Source of the DNA: Chitinophaga pinensis
GTDB taxonomy: Bacteria > Bacteroidota > Bacteroidia > UBA4408
Length of the DNA stretch: 64,000 nt
NCBI GenBank assembly: GCA_945861665.1
Contig: CAMAVS010000007.1
Location: forward strand, 7,277-71,276
Direction: 5' to 3'
Part shown: piece after piece, positions 57,220-64,000 of the stretch
Layout: every line of letters begins with the position of its first letter
Numbering within the stretch: position 1 is the first letter of the stretch
Program-made: the position numbers and the translations under genes
The notes under the pieces: generated by a model
The model's database searches: none
Told to the model about the DNA's origin: nothing
The model's input: the letters and a program-made list of their open reading frames with translations, nothing else

Positions 57220-57915
57220 TCAACTCTTCCTTACTGTCCTTTGTTCAATTCGTTTCTCGTAATTTACTCCCTTAAAAATTCGATGCACATAAATTCCAGG
57301 TGTATGAATTTGATCAGGGTCTAAATCTCCTGCTGGAACTAATTCTTCCACCTCTGCAATGGTTATTTTACCAGCCATTGCCATCATAGGATTAAAATTA
57401 CGAGCCGTTTCTCTGTAAATCAAATTGCCGTGCGGGTCACCTTTCCAGGCTTTTACAATAGCAAAATCAGCATCAAAAGCATATTCCATTAAATAATCTT
57501 TTCCATTAAAATTTCGTACTTCTTTTCCAATGGCAACTTCAGTACCAACACCTGCTGGGGTATATATGGCAGGCATACCATAACCTGAAGCCATACAGCG
57601 TGTGGCCAATGTTCCTTGCGGAATAAGTTCCACTTCTAACTCTCCACTTAATAGTTGACGTTCAAATTCAGCATTTTCACCTACATAAGATGAAATCATT
57701 TTTTTTACCTGACGTGTTTGAAGCATTAATCCAATTCCGAAATCATCTACTCCTGCATTGTTTGAAATACAAGTTAATCCTTTCACTCCCTTCTTTACTA
57801 AGGCTGTAATACAATTTTCAGGAATGCCGCACAAACCAAAGCCCCCTAACATCAAGGTTGCGTTATCTTGAATATCTTTTATTGCTTCGTCTGCATTGTC
57901 TACTACTTTATTCAT
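57220..57915 (-). CDS. scoA: 3-oxoacid CoA-transferase subunit A
   Basis: [39 protein letters not shown]. Confidence 0.96.
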   Translation of the reverse strand: MNKVVDNADEAIKDIQDNATLMLGGFGLCGIPENCITALVKKGVKGLTCISNNAGVDDFGIGLMLQTRQVKKMISSYVGENAEFERQLLSGELEVELIPQGTLATRCMASGYGMPAIYTPAGVGTEVAIGKEVRNFNGKDYLMEYAFDADFAIVKAWKGDPHGNLIYRETARNFNPMMAMAGKITIAEVEELVPAGDLDPDQIHTPGIYVHRIFKGVNYEKRIEQRTVRKS

Positions 57916-57938
57916 TGTTTGTGTGTATGAAATTTATT

Positions 57939-60200
57939 TTATTCATTGTCTCCAAACTCGATATGCTCTTCTTCTTCATCAAACTTATCATACTTTGCGC
58001 AATCCAATTCTATTTTTATATCATCAAAATTCTCAGGCTTTTCAAAATCTCCTTTCGATATTTTTAGTTTTTTATCGGCATATACTTTTTTCATATACAT
58101 TGCCCAAATAGGTAATGCCATTTCAGCACCTTGCCCTTGTGAGGTGTTTCGAAAGTGTACACTTCTATCCTCACAACCAACCCATACGCCTGATACCAAA
58201 TCGGGAGTAATCCCCATAAACCATCCATCGGAATTATTTTGTGTAGTTCCTGTTTTACCAGCAATAGGGTTTGTTAAGCCAAAACGGTAACCTAGACGCG
58301 TAGCTGTTCCATATCCTTGAACAACACCTTTCATTAAACTAATAGTCATATAGGCTGTTTCTTCGCTCAATGCTTCTACCCTTTTAGGTGTGAATTCTGC
58401 TATCACATTCCCATTTCTATCTTCTATATGTGTAATAAAAACAGGCTCTGTCCACACGCCTTGATTTGCAAAAGTTGAATTGGCACCAACCATTTCGTAA
58501 ACCGAAATATCGGGCGTTCCTAAGCAAATAGATGGCACGGCATCCATTTGGCTGGTTATTCCCATTTTGCGTGCAAGGTCAACTACTGCTTGTGCCCCGA
58601 ATTGTTTTAATACGTATGCTGTAATGGTATTAACAGACATCGCCAAACCCTTTTTTAAGGTCATCATTCCTCCGTATTTACCATCGGAGTTGTGCGGAAC
58701 CCAAGTGCCACCTTCTGGCAAATCAAAAGAAACTGGAATGTTAGGAACCTGATAACAAGGGCTCCACCCTTCCTGCATGGCAAGGGTATACACAAATGGC
58801 TTAAAAGTAGAGCCTACTTGACGCTTTCCTTGGCGTACGTGATCGTACTTAAAATGTTTATAGTTAATTCCTCCCACCCAAGCCTTTATATATCCTGTGT
58901 GTGGGTCCATCGACATAAAACCTGTTTGTATAAAATGTTTGTAATACCGCATTGAGTCCATTGGGGTCATTATTGTATCTAAATCTCCTTTCCATTTAAA
59001 AATGGTCATTTCTGTTGGAGTATTAAAATTGGCTATTATTTCCTCGTTACTCTTACCTGCTTTTTTCAATATTCTATAGCGTTCTGAACGCTTCATAGAG
59101 CTATTCATTAAATTGTCTATTTCTTTTTGTGTCATTCGATAAAAAGGAGCATTCTTTACATTTTTCCAATGTTTAAAAAACTTAGGTTGTAGGTCGCCAC
59201 CTACCCATTCTGTTACCGCTTGCTCGGCATAAATTTGCATACGAGAGTCGAGGGTGGTATATATTTTTAGTCCATCTTTGTACAAATCGTATGATGTACC
59301 ATCCGGTTTTTTATTTGTCCTAAAGTATTTTTTTAAATAATCGCGCAAGTATTCTCTAAAATAAGTTGCCGAACCTTGGCTATGATCGTCCGATTGAAAG
59401 TTTAATGTCATCGGTAAATTTTTCAATGAATCAAATGCTTGCTTTGTGATGTATTTGTATTTCATCATTTGTCCCAACACCACATTTCTTCTTTGCAAGG
59501 TTGTATCAACTCGTCTAGTATTATGAGGATTAAATAATGCAGGATTTTTTGCCATTCCTACTAACATTGCAGCCTGTTCAATTTTTAGTGAATCGGGGCT
59601 GGTATTAAAATATATATGTGCCGCCGATTTAATGCCAACTGCATTGTTAACAAAATCAAACTTGTTAAGGTACATTGCAATAATTTCATCCTTAGTATAA
59701 TTGCGTTCTAGTCGGATGGCAATAACCCACTCCTTTAATTTTCTGAGTAAAACTTGTGACTTTGAAAGTTTCTCACGCGGGAAAAGCATTTTTGCCAATT
59801 GCTGTGTAAGTGTACTTCCTCCACCGGCATTATCGTTTCCTACTAATACGCCTTTAATGGATCGAGCCAAAGCTCTTAAGTCGACCCCCGAGTGCGTATA
59901 AAAACGAGCATCTTCGGTAGCTAACAATCCATTTACTAAATATGGTGAAAGACTTTCGAAGCGAATATTTGTACGGTTTTCAATATAATACCTTCCAAGT
60001 GTTTTTTGGTCGGAAGAAATAATTTCGGAAGCTAAATTACTTTTCGTATTTTCAAGTTCCTGTAAAGATGGTAACTCGGCAAAAAATACAATGTAGATGA
60101 AAACACTGGCAATAGATAACACAGGAAGTGATGCGCCTATCCATAACAAGGCAATGTATTTTTTGAATCCGTTTAATTTTACTTCCTTGTCCTTTGCCAT
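57939..60200 (-). CDS. Class A penicillin-binding protein (PBP1a-like)
   Basis: N-terminal TM; ATEDARF, GGSTLTQQLAK, RKLKE transglycosylase; STFK, SVN and KTG transpeptidase motifs. Confidence 0.95.
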   Translation of the reverse strand: MAKDKEVKLNGFKKYIALLWIGASLPVLSIASVFIYIVFFAELPSLQELENTKSNLASEIISSDQKTLGRYYIENRTNIRFESLSPYLVNGLLATEDARFYTHSGVDLRALARSIKGVLVGNDNAGGGSTLTQQLAKMLFPREKLSKSQVLLRKLKEWVIAIRLERNYTKDEIIAMYLNKFDFVNNAVGIKSAAHIYFNTSPDSLKIEQAAMLVGMAKNPALFNPHNTRRVDTTLQRRNVVLGQMMKYKYITKQAFDSLKNLPMTLNFQSDDHSQGSATYFREYLRDYLKKYFRTNKKPDGTSYDLYKDGLKIYTTLDSRMQIYAEQAVTEWVGGDLQPKFFKHWKNVKNAPFYRMTQKEIDNLMNSSMKRSERYRILKKAGKSNEEIIANFNTPTEMTIFKWKGDLDTIMTPMDSMRYYKHFIQTGFMSMDPHTGYIKAWVGGINYKHFKYDHVRQGKRQVGSTFKPFVYTLAMQEGWSPCYQVPNIPVSFDLPEGGTWVPHNSDGKYGGMMTLKKGLAMSVNTITAYVLKQFGAQAVVDLARKMGITSQMDAVPSICLGTPDISVYEMVGANSTFANQGVWTEPVFITHIEDRNGNVIAEFTPKRVEALSEETAYMTISLMKGVVQGYGTATRLGYRFGLTNPIAGKTGTTQNNSDGWFMGITPDLVSGVWVGCEDRSVHFRNTSQGQGAEMALPIWAMYMKKVYADKKLKISKGDFEKPENFDDIKIELDCAKYDKFDEEEEHIEFGDNE

Positions 60201-60265
60201 AATTGTTGTAAAATTACGAATTCAATCAAAAATATCTCTTATTTTGTAATAAATAAAACAGCAAA

Positions 60266-61429
60266 ATGCAAAAGAAAATAGTTCTGTTAGGATCGGGAGA
60301 ATTAGGAAAAGAATTTGTAATTGCCGTAAAACGTTTAGGTCATTACGTTATAGCGGTTGATTCGTATAACAATGCACCTGCTCAGCAAGTGGCTGATGAA
60401 CGTGAGGTGATTAATATGCTTGACGGTGCTGCCTTGGATGCAGTTATAGGCAAACACAAGCCTGACATTATTGTTCCGGAAATTGAAGCCATACGTACAG
60501 AACGCTTTTATGATTATGAAAAAAAAGGCATACAAGTTGTCCCCAGCGCTAAAGCTGCTAATTTTACGATGAACAGAAAAGCAATTCGTGACTTAGCAGC
60601 TAGGGAATTAGGGTTAAAAACTGCGAACTATGCATATGCGAATAATTTAGAAGAGCTCATTATTTCTGTTAAAAAAGTAGGTATGCCTTGTGTTATAAAA
60701 CCGTTAATGAGTTCGTCTGGCAAAGGTCAATCAGTAATAAAAACAGAACCCGATATTGAAAAAGCTTGGAATTATGCACAAGCAGGCAAACGTGGCGACT
60801 ACACAGAAGTAATAGCAGAAGCATTTGTTAAATTTAATTCAGAAATCACCTTGCTAACTGTTACGCAAAAAAACGGAATCACCTTATTTTGTCCTCCTAT
60901 TGGACACCGCCAAGAAAGAGGCGATTACCAAGAGAGTTGGCAGCCCGCAGAGATAAGTACTACGCACTTAAAAGAAGCGCAGCAAATGGCCGACAAAGTT
61001 ACTCGAGCACTTACCGGTGAAGGACTTTGGGGCGTAGAATTTTTTTTAGCAGACGATGGAGTATATTTTTCAGAGCTTTCACCAAGGCCACACGATACAG
61101 GTATGGTGACTTTAGCAGGCACACAAAATTTTTCAGAGTTTGAATTACACGCACGTGCCGTATTAGGTTTGCCTATTCCTGAAATAACATTGGAACGTGC
61201 TGGAGCAAGTGCCGTAATTTTAGCAGACAGAGATGGAGTAAATCCCAGTTACAACGGAGTAGAAAATGCGATGGCAAATTTACAAAGTGATATACGTATT
61301 TTTGGTAAACCTACTATGCGTCCATATCGCAGAATGGCAGTAGCATTAGCATACGATATAGTTGGAAGCAATATAGGCAAAGTAAAAGAAAAGGCCATTG
61401 GAATAGCAAAGCTTGTTAAAGTAAGTTAG
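60266..61429 (+). CDS. purT: Formate-dependent phosphoribosylglycinamide formyltransferase
   Basis: [52 protein letters not shown]. Confidence 0.97.
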   Translation: MQKKIVLLGSGELGKEFVIAVKRLGHYVIAVDSYNNAPAQQVADEREVINMLDGAALDAVIGKHKPDIIVPEIEAIRTERFYDYEKKGIQVVPSAKAANFTMNRKAIRDLAARELGLKTANYAYANNLEELIISVKKVGMPCVIKPLMSSSGKGQSVIKTEPDIEKAWNYAQAGKRGDYTEVIAEAFVKFNSEITLLTVTQKNGITLFCPPIGHRQERGDYQESWQPAEISTTHLKEAQQMADKVTRALTGEGLWGVEFFLADDGVYFSELSPRPHDTGMVTLAGTQNFSEFELHARAVLGLPIPEITLERAGASAVILADRDGVNPSYNGVENAMANLQSDIRIFGKPTMRPYRRMAVALAYDIVGSNIGKVKEKAIGIAKLVKVS

Positions 61430-61485
61430 TGATATATAAAACTAAAAATATTAACGTTATTCATACATCCTAAACCCAAAGCCAA

Positions 61486-63321
61486 ATGAAATTTCCTTCC
61501 CTTCAATCGCTTGTCAAAAATGCACTCTCAACACTGTTACGTTTCCCTTTGCCAATTGCAGCATCCTTTATAGGAACAGCCGTGGCTATTTATTTAACAC
61601 GCTTAGATTACCAACAAAAAGAATTAACAGAACAGCTTGGGAAAATTGTTATGGTGTGTTCTTTGGCCTTACCACTATTATTTTCTATACATATTTTTAT
61701 TGAGAACAATGTTGGCCTAAGTCAACAAAAGAAAATTGGAATGTTCTCTGTGGCTATTATTTTGTTGGCCTTGTATTATGTTAGTTTATCAGGCAAATTA
61801 GAAGCAACTGAATTTATTCGCTTTTTTGTATTAAACATTGGCTTGCATTTATTGGTTGCGTATGCAGCCTTTATTGGCAAACAGCAAATTAGTGCCTACT
61901 GGCAATTTAACAAAACTTTGTTCCTTCGATTCCTAACTTCTGTATTTTATTCAGGAGTTCTATACCTTGGATTAACACTTGCTATGTTAGCTGTAGATAA
62001 TTTGCTAGGAGTTAAAATAAACGAAAAATGGTATTTGCGTTTATGGATATTTATGGCTGGTATTTTTAATACTTGGTTTCTTTTAGCGGCTGTTCCAAAA
62101 GACATTTCAGCCTTGGAAGAAAATAATGAGTATCCAAAAGGACTAAAAATATTTACACAGTTTGTATTGTTGCCCTTGGTTACTTTATACTTAGCAATAT
62201 TATATGCTTACAGTGGAAAAATATTGGTGTTGTGGAGTCTCCCAAAAGGCTGGGTCTCTTATTTGGTATTGGGCTTTTCTATTTTAGGAATATTATCCAT
62301 TTTACTTATTTACCCCATTCGTGAAAAGCAAGAAAATAGTTGGATAAAAGTTTTTTCCCGTTGGTTTTACCGTGCTTTATTTCCTCTAATTATCCTATTG
62401 GGAGTAGCCATAGGAAAACGTGTAATGGAATATGGAATTACCGAAAATCGTTATTTTATATTGATACTTGCAATGTGGTTAACATCGGTGGCAATTTATT
62501 TTTTAGTGAGCAAAAATAAAAACATCAAATTAATTCCAATAACATTGAGTGTATTAGCATTTATAAGTTGTTTTGGTCCGCTGAGTGCTTTTTCTGTTTC
62601 ACTAAGAAGTCAAGTAAAACAACTGGAGAATTTGCTTACCGATACTCGTATTTTAGTGAATGGTAAAATACAGAAAGGAACAGGAAAAATTGACAAAGAA
62701 AAATCCGTACAAATAAATTCTATAATTAAATATTTAAATAAAACAGACGGTTATAATACACTTCAACCTTGGTTTGACAAAAGTATGGAAGAGCTATTTA
62801 AACCTAAGGAAATAGATGGATATGTAAATAAACCAACAGTAATACTAAGTGCAATGGGTGTTAAGGAAATAGATGAATGGGGTAATGAAGATCGAAATAA
62901 TTTTTATGCGTCCGCGAACTATCAGAATGTGGTAGAAATTTCAGGGTACGATTATATAGTTTCGTATAATGTTAACTATAACAACACTGTAAGTGCTCTT
63001 AATGGATATAAACTTGGAACCGATAGTATTACCGTAAATTATAGACAAAAGAATAATGTATTTACAATAGTTTCAAACAGCAATACGCTTATTGCATTTA
63101 GTCTGAAAGAATTTCTTTCGGGGGTAAAAAATTATTCCGACTCAATGAATCTCAGCAATTATAATGCTCAATTGCCAATGGAAAAAATGAGTTTTTTAGC
63201 TCAAAACGATTCGGTAATGGTGAAAATTGCTTTTAAAAATTTCTCCTGTGATATTGATAGTACCAATGCTTATGCAATCAGTTACGGAGATGCTGATTTA
63301 CTTTACAAGAAAAAGCGTTAA
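61486..63321 (+). CDS. DUF4153-like multi-pass membrane protein
   Basis: About 11 TM helices; [33 protein letters not shown] motifs. Confidence 0.75.
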   Translation: MKFPSLQSLVKNALSTLLRFPLPIAASFIGTAVAIYLTRLDYQQKELTEQLGKIVMVCSLALPLLFSIHIFIENNVGLSQQKKIGMFSVAIILLALYYVSLSGKLEATEFIRFFVLNIGLHLLVAYAAFIGKQQISAYWQFNKTLFLRFLTSVFYSGVLYLGLTLAMLAVDNLLGVKINEKWYLRLWIFMAGIFNTWFLLAAVPKDISALEENNEYPKGLKIFTQFVLLPLVTLYLAILYAYSGKILVLWSLPKGWVSYLVLGFSILGILSILLIYPIREKQENSWIKVFSRWFYRALFPLIILLGVAIGKRVMEYGITENRYFILILAMWLTSVAIYFLVSKNKNIKLIPITLSVLAFISCFGPLSAFSVSLRSQVKQLENLLTDTRILVNGKIQKGTGKIDKEKSVQINSIIKYLNKTDGYNTLQPWFDKSMEELFKPKEIDGYVNKPTVILSAMGVKEIDEWGNEDRNNFYASANYQNVVEISGYDYIVSYNVNYNNTVSALNGYKLGTDSITVNYRQKNNVFTIVSNSNTLIAFSLKEFLSGVKNYSDSMNLSNYNAQLPMEKMSFLAQNDSVMVKIAFKNFSCDIDSTNAYAISYGDADLLYKKKR

Positions 63322-63326
63322 CCCAT

Positions 63327-64000
63327 ATGCTTTCAAATACCCAATTAATAAAGCAAGAATGCAAACGTTTGGGATTTGATTATTGCGGTATTTCCAAAGC
63401 CGGTTTTTTGGAAGAAGAAGCCCCTCGACTTGAAGCCTGGTTAAATAATAGAATGCAGGGAGAAATGGGATATATGGAGCGCAATTTTGATAAAAGGCTC
63501 GATCCTAGATTGTTAGTAGACAATGCAAAATCCGTTATTTCCTTACTCCTTAATTATTATCCTAAAAACAAACAAACGATACTAGATTATAAAATATCTA
63601 AATACGCATACGGTGAGGATTATCACGAGGTAATAAAAGAAAAGTTGAATGAGCTACTTCTCTTCATCAAACAAAAATTGGGCGATGTAAATGGTCGCGC
63701 ATTTGTTGATTCGGCCCCCGTGCTTGACAAAGCCTGGGCTAAAAAATCAGGATTGGGTTGGATTGGTAAAAATTCAAATCTTATAAACAAACAAAGCGGT
63801 TCTTTTTACTTTATTGCCGAACTCATAGTTGATATTGACTTGGAATACGATAATGCTATAAAAGATTATTGCGGAACTTGTACAAAATGTATTGATGCGT
63901 GTCCTACGGATGCAATTGTGGAGCCTTATATTGTGGATGGGAGTAAATGCATTTCTTATTTTACGATTGAGCTAAAAGAAAACATTCCGGGGGATATGAA
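63327..64000 (+). CDS. queG: tRNA epoxyqueuosine(34) reductase (partial, runs off the window)
   Basis: Manual translation from ATG at 63327: [54 protein letters not shown]...CISY. Confidence 0.96.
   Translation, partial: MLSNTQLIKQECKRLGFDYCGISKAGFLEEEAPRLEAWLNNRMQGEMGYMERNFDKRLDPRLLVDNAKSVISLLLNYYPKNKQTILDYKISKYAYGEDYHEVIKEKLNELLLFIKQKLGDVNGRAFVDSAPVLDKAWAKKSGLGWIGKNSNLINKQSGSFYFIAELIVDIDLEYDNAIKDYCGTCTKCIDACPTDAIVEPYIVDGSKCISYFTIELKENIPGDM

Overview
AT-rich bacterial chromosome segment, almost certainly Bacteroidota. The evidence is T9SS type A and type B C-terminal domains, PorP/SprF and PorE-like genes, a long Bacteroidota-type SecA, and TAnnTTTG -7 promoter motifs upstream of many genes. 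The housekeeping backbone is metK, secA, an ABC-F ATPase, manC, hflX, tRNA-Arg(CCT), hemL, mce, scoA/scoB, a class A PBP, purT and a partial queG. The most notable accessory locus is a co-oriented minus-strand block (about 14.8-27.3 kb): YfiR-like protein, TPR protein, HAMP-PP2C phosphatase, small secreted ORF, two phage-tail/collagen/YadA-like fibre proteins that share an N-terminal domain and lack a T9SS signal, a small type-B-CTD protein, PorP/SprF, a PorE-like OmpA protein, and a bactofilin. I propose this encodes a surface-fibre display system, possibly with its own envelope sensor. Also present: a T9SS gene fragment bracketed by 23-bp inverted REP-like repeats between secA and the ABC-F gene, a cluster of repeat-rich T9SS cargo after the tRNA, and a decayed GT-C glycosyltransferase pseudogene. 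I saw no CRISPR array, rRNA, integrase or transposase. All product calls come from motif recognition by eye, not database searches.
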